Source: a virus
Taxonomy: Duplodnaviria; Caudoviricetes
Reading direction: 5' to 3' (one strand)
Length of the DNA stretch: 58,757 bases
IMG/VR virus record: IMGVR_UViG_3300046697_000245
Location: 1-58,757 of that record
In this document: positions 36,301 through 44,741 of the stretch, one piece after another
How the letters are laid out: each line of letters starts with the position of its first letter
Position numbering within the stretch: position 1 is the first letter of the stretch
Notes under the pieces: generated by a model
Told to the model about the DNA's origin: nothing
The model's input: the letters and a program-made list of their open reading frames with translations, nothing else
The model's database searches: none
Program-made: the position numbers and the translations under genes

Positions 36301-37900
36301 TCGCGGCGACGTGAGAGTACCCGTAAGCTCCGGCGTGCCATATTAACTCGCCAGTATCAGCATATGGATTCCCCGGTGTTGGCGTTGAATTTATTTCCGC
36401 TCCTCCGAAACCAAGGTCAGCAGCCCATCCATTTAGCGCAAGTTGGGGATTGGAACTTGTAAAAACACTATTCTGGTCAAGTCCGGGGCAGTTTCCGTTC
36501 GCGTTGCAGTTGAACTTCGGTAGTACAGCGCCGTTGTCTGTCATGGCCGCGTTGAAGAGCGGCGCGAGAATCGCCGTGCCACCGGGCAGAAAGTACCCAT
36601 TCGCTCCTGTGGTGAAAACTCCATCGTTATTGTCGGTGATGACCGTTCCTACATCGACGAGGCTGTCCCAGTAGGCTCCGGCTGGCTGAGTAATTCCCGT
36701 TGTGCTGGCCGACTTTCCTTGTCCCCGTTTCCAGGCTTCGACTGCATCATAGTCAGCCTTTGTCCCGCAGGTGAAAAGGCCATAAGCAGCACTCTTGTTC
36801 GTCGCCTGCACGATCTTCCAGCCGTCAACGTGCGCCTGTTCCCACACGGATTGGTAGTCAGCTTTTATCGCCGCCTGAGTGCAAGGCGCATTTTGTATCC
36901 TGTCCTGATCCCCGGCCAGAATCAGGAAGCCGGGATTGCCGGTGATAGCTGGGCTGATCGGATGCAGCACTGCCGCATAGCCGGTTGCAGCCAGATAGTC
37001 AATCACGCCCGGATGCACAAACACTGTGCCGTGATTTTTGAATTGAGGCTGCTGCATGATCTGGAACGGCAGATAGTTGTTCGCCGTGTAGATCGTGCCA
37101 CCAGTGCCGGTGCCGGTGTTGAGGGTGTACGCGAACTCGAATTGTGTGGTGGTCAGTCCCGTAGCCAGAACTTGGAAGAGGCAGACGCCGGTGATCTGGC
37201 AGTTACCGCCACCAGCCAGAAACTCCGGCGAAGCGAGCCATCCGGTGTCAATCCTATCGCCCGCCGCAAGGCCATTTACGCCGGAGTTTGTGACGGAGCA
37301 GATGGTCCCGTTGCAGCTAACAGCCGTGACGGTGATTGGAAGACTGAGATCGTGATTGTCGCTGCCAATATTCGAGTCGCCGACGACGGCATAAGTGGTG
37401 GTAGGAAGATTGTACAGAACAGCGCCCGCGTTAGTCCCAGCACAGGTCAGCACTCCCGTCGTGCCGTTGACGGAGCAGTTGGTCCCGTCGGGCTTCACGC
37501 CGCCCAGAATAGAAGTTGTGGCGATTGGCAGAGTGTAGCTAGTCCCAGCACAGGTCAGCACTCCCGTCGTGCCGTTGACGGAGCAGTTGGTCCCGTCGGG
37601 CTTCACGCCGCCCAGAATAGAAGTTGTGGCGATTGGCAGAGTGTAGCTAGTCCCAGGCTGCGGGCAGCTTGTGACTGGCGTCCACTGGTTCAGCCCCGCG
37701 TTGAGGCCATAAAGCGCAATCGGCTCAGGCGTTGCCGCGCTGGCTAGTGCAGTCGAACTGTTAGGGCAGGCGACAAATGCGTTTGCTGTGGTGCTCCAGT
37801 AATAGAGCGCCTGGCTGTTTGGCTGCACACCGATCACCTGCGCCCCCGCCATCGGCAGTAGAGCGACAAACCCGGCCAGTATTCTCAGCATCCGTCCCAT
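33302..37900 (-). CDS. Fibre/spike-like protein (1532 aa): signal peptide, SGNH-like domain, NodB-type polysaccharide deacetylase domain
   Basis: MLRILAGFVALLPMAGA|Q; YTLPIATTSILGGVK fibre repeats; VVGDS; ISFDD...IGCHTESH...AYPQG...IFH. Confidence 0.8.
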   Translation of the reverse strand: MGRMLRILAGFVALLPMAGAQVIGVQPNSQALYYWSTTANAFVACPNSSTALASAATPEPIALYGLNAGLNQWTPVTSCPQPGTSYTLPIATTSILGGVKPDGTNCSVNGTTGVLTCAGTSYTLPIATTSILGGVKPDGTNCSVNGTTGVLTCAGTNAGAVLYNLPTTTYAVVGDSNIGSDNHDLSLPITVTAVSCNGTICSVTNSGVNGLAAGDRIDTGWLASPEFLAGGGNCQITGVCLFQVLATGLTTTQFEFAYTLNTGTGTGGTIYTANNYLPFQIMQQPQFKNHGTVFVHPGVIDYLAATGYAAVLHPISPAITGNPGFLILAGDQDRIQNAPCTQAAIKADYQSVWEQAHVDGWKIVQATNKSAAYGLFTCGTKADYDAVEAWKRGQGKSASTTGITQPAGAYWDSLVDVGTVITDNNDGVFTTGANGYFLPGGTAILAPLFNAAMTDNGAVLPKFNCNANGNCPGLDQNSVFTSSNPQLALNGWAADLGFGGAEINSTPTPGNPYADTGELIWHAGAYGYSHVAAMFGYNVPPYPVSDLLPGTRPLCWNPASGGENSQAMPAVCFSIDSTNNYINVGDGSALGDASKSMKMEGLSLGNPLTVANGGTGATTAAVALANLGGVSSVLTTPQTMQSSLAMDTQVASTVGTIDNSCTGWTLGTSWTCGGNGTITLSTGTPTAGPLTYHAPTLQVPGNRVQLVLTATATSGTLIVSQCGVEFPNVVLGTVTAQTSSITCADTSDFEILPGGYSGMTGVVSSVALNLLNGGNITTDTLNVGTTQLPTATDYTLHTASSSPLSTANRTVLSLFEGGAGTEWVTATGTAPVNDTVNTLNGNQTIKVTSTNAVVSRMDKTVSLSLAGTVGIRIDFYVDNVANLGQLSCYIFTDGSNYYAASPNPVNLQASTLFNGWNSITLPIAYFSQTGSPNLATITKFRVGTTSTAGTVVNVSFGGLYAVANPNNQATILISFDDAYESVWSTVRPLMYPYNFPATAFAITSMINKASYMTSAQLKSLQNDFGWDIGCHTESHAALAYLPAAIIDAELRACFAMDDVDNLNRSRSIAYPQGSYNPVVEQEVAKYFYLARSTTSLYNTAVPYLFDPTSYQYNMPACGIDGPPTQTTLAAAEACVDAGIATNSIVPMIFHDIVTTPTNGQQWDTADFTSLMAYIASKGGAVRVITYAQLIKQYFPQASPLVVPVSTTILGTDSTGKLINASGGNIATATALAAAPSTCSTGYAPTGISANGNATGCAALAGGGTITGVTAGTDLTGGGTTGTVTVNVDTTKVPELAASSNKYTNPEYAPGFFPNSGSLGGPTALLDDHFFTCVIVGATPIGSPTGNAFAQSVTNLDANHPGNCLLTSGTVSGAGEASYYGSINSIASLNTAPAYRWSTAVYPSVLPGTTASAYQAGLVHVITANPWTTAIGFYLSSANGVPNDWYCQYGSTYTDSGTAATLAWTMLSLYSDGTKMHWYIGNPGVEVCGTGVTIGSLPTSNMYAGGWSAVTLTGSSSVTLSTNYVLFERSTVP
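37432..37656. repeat. Exact 108-bp tandem duplication in the fibre gene
   Basis: TSYTLPIATTSILGGVKPDGTNCSVNGTTGVLTCAG twice, identical at DNA level. Confidence 0.95.
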
Positions 37901-37996
37901 CGCACGTTCTCCTCATTGGAGTATTCAGTGGCCAGCTATCAGAGATCAGCTGATCTTTATGACTGAAAACCGATAACTGACCACTGTCAACCGTAC

Positions 37997-39964
37997 CTAG
38001 TTGCCGGCGCACATCCACTGGATCACGTCAGACGCGCCAGTGGTGTCGGTGATGGTGGCCGTGGTTCCTGATGCCGGAACCATCTGCACCGGGTTAGTCC
38101 TGGTCGTCACATCGTTGGCCGTGCAGAAAAACGTGCTGGTCGATGTGAACGTGTTCGGGAAGGTGATGGTAGCTGTGCTTCCACTTAATGTTGAGCTACC
38201 CACGTAAATCTGCTGCTTGCCGTTGGCTGCCGACGGGGAGCATGTCTGGTTGCCGGTGCCGGTTGCTCCGCAAGAGAAAACAGGCACCAAACCACCGGCA
38301 TAAACCGCCAGCGTATCCGTGATGCTTCCCAATGCGCCGGTCGGAGGAGCCAGCGTAATCGTGCCGCTGGTGGCGTTGTTGAAGATCGCCTGGCCAACCG
38401 CACTCCCCGCCGTACCCAACACCAGCGATGCTGTCGGAGTAATTGTGATCGGCTGCGTGAACGACTGAGCCAGGTTCAGCTCTGCCACTGTGCCTGTGTT
38501 TGCAGGCAGCGTCGCCGTCACGCTTCCCAGCGCGCCCGCCGCCGGTGCCAGAGTCACCGTGCCGCTGGTGCCATTATTGAAGATCACTTGACCAACCGCG
38601 CTGCCGGATGTACCTAGAACCAGCGATGCTGTCGGAGTAATTGTGATCGGCTGCGTGAACGACTGAGCCAGGTTCAGCTCTGCCACTGTGCCTGTGTTTG
38701 CAGGCAGTGTCGCCGTGTAAGCGGCTGTGGACGTTGCCGGGGTAAGGCTGACGCTTCCGGCCGCCCCACTGGAATTGATCTTCAGGATGCCCGTTGTGGA
38801 TCCAGCCACGCCAAAGTTGGTGGTGGCCGCGCTGAATACGTTGGCGGCCGAGAAGGTGTTAGCCACCCCCAGCATGGCGAAGGTGTCAGCCGCGCCCAGC
38901 ACTGGAATGGTGGCGGTGTAACTGCCGGTGGGTGTCGTCGCGGGCTGAATTGTGGTGGTAAAGGCCGCGCCCGAGCTATACAGCCTCAGCGTTCCGGTCG
39001 TGCCGGCGGATACGCCAAAAGAAGTTACAGCGTTCTGAAAATTATTGATCGCTGTGTACGTGTTGACTCCCGCCAAAGTGGGCGACGCGCCAACACCCGC
39101 CACGGCGTATACCGTGCCCGACCATGAGTACCAGGTCCACGGCGTGGTGGTGGTATCAACGATCTGCACCTTGGTCGAGCCTGGCGCGGCCGTGGAGGTA
39201 ATCACCGTATTGGTGACCTGCGGCCCCGGCAGTGCGGCCATCTGCCTATACCAGTTGGCGTCCAGCATCACATTGGTCTCATACGTGGTTCCGCCAAGGT
39301 TGGCATTGTTTTGCAGCGCCTCGTAGAGGCCGGCGGTCCCTGAGCTTACCCAGAAAGTTACATGGCTGTTCGTTGGCGAGCCGTTGAATCCGCACGTCGA
39401 TCCGGTCAGGCTGGTGCTCGATGGAGTGAATACCTCGCTCAGTGCGGGCGTCGCATCGCGGATGTACTGTGGATATGGATGCGCGGTCGGGCCAAAGACA
39501 AAGAACGGCGATGCTCCATTGAGCGGCGTCACCGCGCAACTGCCCGGACTCGGTGCTGATCCCATGCTCCAGGTGTAGGTATTCGGCTGCTGCCCCATCA
39601 GGTTGCTGTACGCATAGTCCGTTGCCCATGCAAAGCGCACCTGCACCTGCTGCGCCGATGCCACCGCGCTGCTCAGCAGCAACGCCATCAGCAACATCAC
39701 GGCCACCACGGTGCTCTTCAGGCCGTTCACGGCCACATGCCGCAGCTCGCGCACCTTCATCAGCGGGCCGGCCTTCTGATCCGCGGCCTCCGGATCCAGA
39801 TAGACCAGGTCCACATGCTCCTCTACCGGCAGCACATTGCCGTCAAGGTCTTTCATCGGCTGGTTATTCGCCGGGTTATGGGGAGCAATCTCAATGCTCC
39901 GCGCGACAAGTGCGCTTACCACTTGCCCCTTAGCCTCAATCTCTACCACGTCGCCATATCTCAT
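37997..39964 (-). CDS. Fibre-like protein (655 aa) with internal signal/TM segment, 66-aa repeats and a gp53-like C-terminal domain
   Basis: SD AAGGAG; VVAVMLLMALLLSSAVASA|QQ; ~89-bp identical repeats at 38421 and 38619; TITFPNTF...IQWMCAGN end. Confidence 0.75.
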   Translation of the reverse strand: MRYGDVVEIEAKGQVVSALVARSIEIAPHNPANNQPMKDLDGNVLPVEEHVDLVYLDPEAADQKAGPLMKVRELRHVAVNGLKSTVVAVMLLMALLLSSAVASAQQVQVRFAWATDYAYSNLMGQQPNTYTWSMGSAPSPGSCAVTPLNGASPFFVFGPTAHPYPQYIRDATPALSEVFTPSSTSLTGSTCGFNGSPTNSHVTFWVSSGTAGLYEALQNNANLGGTTYETNVMLDANWYRQMAALPGPQVTNTVITSTAAPGSTKVQIVDTTTTPWTWYSWSGTVYAVAGVGASPTLAGVNTYTAINNFQNAVTSFGVSAGTTGTLRLYSSGAAFTTTIQPATTPTGSYTATIPVLGAADTFAMLGVANTFSAANVFSAATTNFGVAGSTTGILKINSSGAAGSVSLTPATSTAAYTATLPANTGTVAELNLAQSFTQPITITPTASLVLGTSGSAVGQVIFNNGTSGTVTLAPAAGALGSVTATLPANTGTVAELNLAQSFTQPITITPTASLVLGTAGSAVGQAIFNNATSGTITLAPPTGALGSITDTLAVYAGGLVPVFSCGATGTGNQTCSPSAANGKQQIYVGSSTLSGSTATITFPNTFTSTSTFFCTANDVTTRTNPVQMVPASGTTATITDTTGASDVIQWMCAGN

Positions 39965-40004
39965 CGTCGCTCTCCTTGGTCCGTGTTCACTTCATTCACA
40001 TTCT

Positions 40005-42032
40005 TTACAGCGGCAGCTCAACCCAGGAGTGTAGAACCGGCGTTGGACTGGTTCCATAATTGGCCAAAGTCACGCTGTACGTGTATCCCGCGGGTACGAG
40101 GAACGTCACGGTGGCAAGGCTGGGCCCGGCGGCATCGCAGTTGTAGACGCCATTTGCTCCGACGTTGACGCCGTTGCTCCACCCGGTGATGACGAATCCA
40201 GAACCAGTGCATGCCTGATCCTCGCTACCAACAACTTCAACCAAGATTGGCATTGCGCCCGCAGTATAGGGTGAGCCAAATGCGCGCGACGAGGTGACAT
40301 TCGTCTGGGTGACGCCCAGCGCAGCACCGTTGGTTGCCGCTGTCACTCGCCCATCCGCACCTACGGTGATGTTCGAGTTGGTGTAGCTCCCGGCCGTGAC
40401 GCCACTATTGGCGATGCCGATGGTGGTTTGTGCGGGCTCGGATGAGTCGGTTACTGAGAACTGCGTTGAGAAGTTGAGGACGGGCCGCTGATTCTGCGCT
40501 GTTCCGTCGCTGGCGACTGTATGGTAATAGATTGAGCAGTCAGCTGGGGTGTTATAAGCCGTGCCGTCCGATATCAGGCATTGGCCCGCTGTTCCGCCGT
40601 CGCTGTTCAGCAGGTAGCCGCCTTTAGCGTTCACCTGCCCCAGCGTTCCTGCGCCCTCCACATCCACGCCCCAGACCGGCGTTGCCGTGCCCACGCCTAT
40701 CATGCCCACGCTGTAAAGGTTGTAACTGGACAGGCTGATTGAGCTGGTGATCGATTGTGTGTTGTGATTATAGGGAGTGGTCAGCACCGGGATAGGATAG
40801 GTTGTCGAGCCATTCCAAAGCGGCATCCCATTCGCCAGATTGTAGGTCGAACCCGGTCCTAGAAACTGTACCTGCTTGGGAAAGCCCGGCAGCGCGTTCC
40901 CGCCGGCGTCCAGCAGTGTTGCCATGTAACCCGCAATCGGCCATGCCGCATCGTTGGCCACCGCCTGGCATACCGTGCCATTGATAATCGGCGGAGCCGC
41001 TCCGGCAGCCAGTGGAGTTGTGATCGTAAAGCTCGCCGTCGGGCTGACGGTCTGCCCCTGGTAGGCCAGTGCGCCGCCCTGCAGGCCGATGTAGATATTC
41101 ATGCCCAGCGCCTGCGCCGGCGCGCCACTCACCGGCGGCGAAATGGTAAAGCCGCCCGCGCTTGTCAGTTGCTTGTTGACCACCGGGCTGGGCAAGGTCT
41201 CATGCCCATAGGTGTCGTACCAGGTAATCTGTATCTGATAGTTTCCGCTGGGCAGCGTTCCTGAAAAGAGCGCCGCGGCCACCGCTGAAGTCAGCGGGTT
41301 AAACAGTCCCACCACCGCTCCGTTCCTGTCCGTGGAACAGTTTGCGGAGCTAACCGCAACCATCGTGCCGCCCACATACATCACTTGTGTCGGCGTCAGG
41401 TTGAGCGCGTAGTTAGCCGCCGGCATCCCGTTGGCGCTGCCAATGTGCCCCGTCAGGCCCACATAAGGCGGCGTGTACTGCGCCAGGGACGGAAGCACAA
41501 CCGCCAAACAAAGCAAAGCGTGGAGCAGCGTTCCCCGCGCCGCTCCACGCCCCATGGCAACCAGATTCCCAACCGGATCAGATTTCATCTTCTCAGCTTC
41601 TCCCCGCGTTGTCAAGCGCCCGGTCTTCCGCCATCTGCCATCTTTGCAAGCCTCGTCGCACTCATTACCACAGGCCGCCCAATCCTGGCCACCCATGTCC
41701 AGGCCGCACATCGCCACCGCGTCACTGCCCAGCGCCGGCCTTCCACAATGCCGGCAACGCCTGAACTCCGTCTCCAGCACACGGGGATTACCACCCGCCT
41801 CGCGGTCCGTGCGCTCCAGCAGACGCGCATCGCCCGGCAGCAGCCACACAAACTCTTCGCCGGTGCTCAAGCCCCTGATCGCCCGCTTGCGCGCCCATTC
41901 GGGTATCGCGATCAGCTCCGGCTCCACTCGCCGCGCCATGCGCTGGCGCCGCTCCTTGATTCCCAAAGCCTGACGCCTTGCCTTCGCCGCTCGCCGCGCC
42001 TTCCGGCGAAAGAAAACTGCCCGCTCACTCAA
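40005..42032 (-). CDS. Tail fibre with signal peptide, in frame with an N-terminal basic Cys-rich region; second start likely at ~41588
   Basis: LLHALLCLAVVLPSLA|Q; GVTAGSYT..ITV.ADGRVTAA shaft repeat; NVTSSRA.G..YT...PI.V...FLVPAG.TYSV...W.EL fibre tip. Confidence 0.75.
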   Translation of the reverse strand: MSERAVFFRRKARRAAKARRQALGIKERRQRMARRVEPELIAIPEWARKRAIRGLSTGEEFVWLLPGDARLLERTDREAGGNPRVLETEFRRCRHCGRPALGSDAVAMCGLDMGGQDWAACGNECDEACKDGRWRKTGRLTTRGEAEKMKSDPVGNLVAMGRGAARGTLLHALLCLAVVLPSLAQYTPPYVGLTGHIGSANGMPAANYALNLTPTQVMYVGGTMVAVSSANCSTDRNGAVVGLFNPLTSAVAAALFSGTLPSGNYQIQITWYDTYGHETLPSPVVNKQLTSAGGFTISPPVSGAPAQALGMNIYIGLQGGALAYQGQTVSPTASFTITTPLAAGAAPPIINGTVCQAVANDAAWPIAGYMATLLDAGGNALPGFPKQVQFLGPGSTYNLANGMPLWNGSTTYPIPVLTTPYNHNTQSITSSISLSSYNLYSVGMIGVGTATPVWGVDVEGAGTLGQVNAKGGYLLNSDGGTAGQCLISDGTAYNTPADCSIYYHTVASDGTAQNQRPVLNFSTQFSVTDSSEPAQTTIGIANSGVTAGSYTNSNITVGADGRVTAATNGAALGVTQTNVTSSRAFGSPYTAGAMPILVEVVGSEDQACTGSGFVITGWSNGVNVGANGVYNCDAAGPSLATVTFLVPAGYTYSVTLANYGTSPTPVLHSWVELPL

Positions 42033-42235
42033 GCGGCAGGTCTCACATTCTCGGCTTGCGGACCCTTCTTGCCTTGCACAATATCAAACTCCACCGGCTC
42101 ATCCATCGCCAGCGACTTGTGCCCGGCAGCCTGAATCCCTGTGTAATGCACAAACAAGTCCTGGCCGCCCGCGTCGTTTGAGATAAAGCCATAACCCCTG
42201 GAATCGTTAAACCACTTCACCCTGCCTGTCGCCAT
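42029..42235 (-). CDS. Cold-shock protein (CspA family)
   Basis: GRVKWFN, RNP1 RGYGFI, RNP2 LFVHY, KGPQAENV. Confidence 0.95.
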   Translation of the reverse strand: MATGRVKWFNDSRGYGFISNDAGGQDLFVHYTGIQAAGHKSLAMDEPVEFDIVQGKKGPQAENVRPAA

Positions 42236-42280
42236 CGCTTCCTTCTCTTTCTCTGATCAGCTCTTCGCTGTTCGCTGTGT

Positions 42281-42469
42281 TCACTGTCCACTAGCGTTTC
42301 TTGCGCCTTGCGCCATCCGCTGCGCATCTGGGCCATGCTTGCCGGCCAGCGCCTCACGCCACTTATCCGCGGGGATCGGCTGATCCTCCGGCACATCCAG
42401 AGCGCGGTGCATCCGCCCCTTATGGCTCTTTTTGAAGACCTCGCGCGAAAACTTCTTTTCCTCAGCCAT
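42281..42469 (-). CDS. Small basic phage protein (62 aa)
   Basis: HKGRMHRALDVPEDQPIP resembles a G.LH..LGVP....IP motif I recall from small phage proteins. Confidence 0.65.
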   Translation of the reverse strand: MAEEKKFSREVFKKSHKGRMHRALDVPEDQPIPADKWREALAGKHGPDAQRMAQGARNASGQ

Positions 42470-42691
42470 AACGCGCTCCAAACGCAAAAATGCGCCCGCC
42501 CGTGGAAAAAGTGTTCCCAGCGAACCGGCCCGTGCGTTGCGTTGATTGTTTCGGTTCTGCCTCCCGGCACAACGGGGAGGCCAGCAGCAGGCAATCCAGG
42601 CTCAAACTTCAGTGGTCAACGGTCAGTCAACCGCTGCTCACTGCGCAGGCGCTCTCCTGTGCGGGTAGAGCGCAGCCTCAATTGCTGGTTC

Positions 42692-42724
42692 ATTTTGACC
42701 ACAGGCGAGGATTGTTTGTCAAGA
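42692..42724 (-). promoter_or_regulatory. Probable late-operon promoter region
   Basis: TCTTGACAAACAATCC is identical to 2039-2054; the best -10 candidate (CAAAAT) is at 19-bp spacing. Confidence 0.5.
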
Positions 42725-42732
42725 GAATAATT

Positions 42733-43376
42733 TTAGAGGCCTATTTCAAGCCACGCTTCGATGAACGCTTGCGCCGCTGGGAGACAGATTGCGTCGCCGT
42801 ACAGGCGAAGCCGTCCCACTCGGGCGGGACTCCCATGAGCCAACGGCTGTATGCCGGGTCCAGTTGGCCGCCACTTGCCGTCGCGGCCGTACCACCAATC
42901 GCAGTCGGCCCAGAAGCCGCGAGTTGCGCCTGCCTCGGCAACTGATCGAGCCGCGAGCGGGTCGAGCCATCCAGGTCTGTGCAAACAAGGTCGAGCCAGC
43001 CATGTCCAATCGCGGCAGCAACCTGCTCTCCAAAGAGGCTTGCAGGGCGGCGCTCGCGGATGAGCCGTGCCCATTCAGGCCAGAGGTGACGAGGATCTGC
43101 AAACCCTTCCCCTTTGCCCGCTGCGCTAAAGCTGGGGCAGGGACAGCTTCCCGTCCACACGGGCCGGTCGTCGGGCCATCCGGCGTCGCGCAGGGCGCGG
43201 CTCCAGAATCCTCCGCCGGCAAAGAAGTGGCATTGGGTATATCCCACAAGCTCTGCTGCTTTGACATCGGCAATGCTCCTCTCATCCACGTCGCCGGGCG
43301 CAATCGCGCCGGCCTTGATCGCCTCGCGGATCACCTCGGCCTTGAATGGATCGATCTCGTTGTAGTAAGCCGTCAT
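42733..43376 (-). pseudogene. C5-cytosine DNA methyltransferase, internally deleted and frameshifted, with remnants of an overprinted ORF
   Basis: AYYNEID, HFFAG.G, GSCPC..FS, FGEQV are in one frame; FW...DW...RDGK.RP...GRLRLYGDAI are in another; motif VIII is absent. Confidence 0.7.
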
Positions 43377-43383
43377 AGTTCGC

Positions 43384-44559
43384 TCAGTCCCTGGTCCCGA
43401 GGCCCTTGATCTTCGCCGCCCAGGCCTCCAGCATCTCGCGCCGCTCAGCCGCGTAGGCTGCTCGATTGTACACCCCGCGCACCCCGCCAATCTCGTGCCC
43501 TAACGCCTTTTCCACCACCTCAGCCTTCCATCCCGCCTCGGTCAGCAGCGTCGACGCCGTGCGCCTCAAGTCATGCACCGTGAAGTGCTCCACATGCGCC
43601 GCCCGCGCCACCTTGGCCAGCGTCCGGTTCAGCGCCCCAGCCCACAGCGGCCACGTCAAAGCCTCCCGGCCAGGCAACACCATCTCCACCCGCGGCCCCT
43701 GCATCGCGCGCAACTCCCGCAAACACTCCAGCGATCCATCGCTCAGCGGCACCAGCATCTCCCGGCCCATCTTCGTCCGCCCCGCCGGTATCACCCACTC
43801 CGCCCGCTTCAAATCTACCTCCACCCAGCGCGCCAGCCGCAACTCGCTCTTGCGCACCATCGTCAGCAAAAGCAGCCGGATCGCGTGCCTGTGCGCCTCC
43901 GGAACATTGCGTAATTTCTGCTTGAGTGCTCTTAATACCCGCCTCAGCTCTTCCTCGCTCAGCGCCCGATCGCGCGCCTTGCGCCGCGCCACATAGCGCA
44001 GCGGAGTGGATATTGCCGGGTTGCTGTCGGCCACGCCGCAGACCATCGCATAATCCCAAACCCGCTTGCACAGGCCGCGCAACTTGGCCGCCGCCGCCGG
44101 CCTGCCCGCTTCCAGCTTCCCAAAGATCAACGCCTGCAGCTCCCGCGCCGTCACCTTGTCCATCGGCCGCGCGCCCAGCCGCCGCACAATCTCCCGCTCC
44201 AGCGGCCTGCGCACCGCCGCCATATCCTTGCGCGCCCCGCGAGCTTCCAGGTTCTTCAGGTAGCGCGCCGCAAACTCCTTCACCGTCACCCTGGCCCCGT
44301 AGCCCTGCCGCCGCGCCTGCTCCACGCTGCGCGGATCCTCACCCTGAGCCAACGCCTCCGCCAACTCCCGCGCCCGCTCCCGCGCCGCCGCCAGCGTCAT
44401 CGCCGGGTAGGCGCCCAGCGTGATTCTGGTTGGCTGACTGCTGGCGGCTGACTGCTGGCTGCTGTACCTCCACCGCCAACTCTTTCTCCCCGTAGGCATT
44501 ACCTCCATCTCCAAGCCTTCGCCAAAACCCTGAGTATAGCGGCTCTCGCGAGTCTTCAA
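43384..44559 (-). CDS. int: Tyrosine recombinase/integrase, P4-like with arm-binding domain
   Basis: G.GL...V...G.KSW..RY, ITLG.YP...LA.AR; catalytic R (VRKSE), K (TKMG), HDLRRT, LGH, YN. Confidence 0.93.
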   Translation of the reverse strand: MKTRESRYTQGFGEGLEMEVMPTGRKSWRWRYSSQQSAASSQPTRITLGAYPAMTLAAARERARELAEALAQGEDPRSVEQARRQGYGARVTVKEFAARYLKNLEARGARKDMAAVRRPLEREIVRRLGARPMDKVTARELQALIFGKLEAGRPAAAAKLRGLCKRVWDYAMVCGVADSNPAISTPLRYVARRKARDRALSEEELRRVLRALKQKLRNVPEAHRHAIRLLLLTMVRKSELRLARWVEVDLKRAEWVIPAGRTKMGREMLVPLSDGSLECLRELRAMQGPRVEMVLPGREALTWPLWAGALNRTLAKVARAAHVEHFTVHDLRRTASTLLTEAGWKAEVVEKALGHEIGGVRGVYNRAAYAAERREMLEAWAAKIKGLGTRD

Positions 44560-44741
44560 TTCTGCCGGGTTTGGATACCTCTTGTTAATTTAACTATCCC
44601 CTTTCCTATAAGGTTTTCCCCTTAAAATCCAGCGGCCAGCGGGCGGTGGCCAACCCTCAGACCTTCCGGGCATTTGACCGACAACCGACAACTGGCAACT
44701 GTGACCCGCGCGGCCCTCCGGCGGCGCCCACGTCCACCGGC

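Noticed and set aside
2046-42200. Numerous long + strand ORFs opposite the late genes
   Set aside because: Antisense shadows expected in high-GC coding DNA, with no motifs or SD. Only 13609-13956 was kept.
44587-44615. dif-like Xer site upstream of int
   Set aside because: Only a partial XerD-arm resemblance (GTTAAAT) and no XerC arm.
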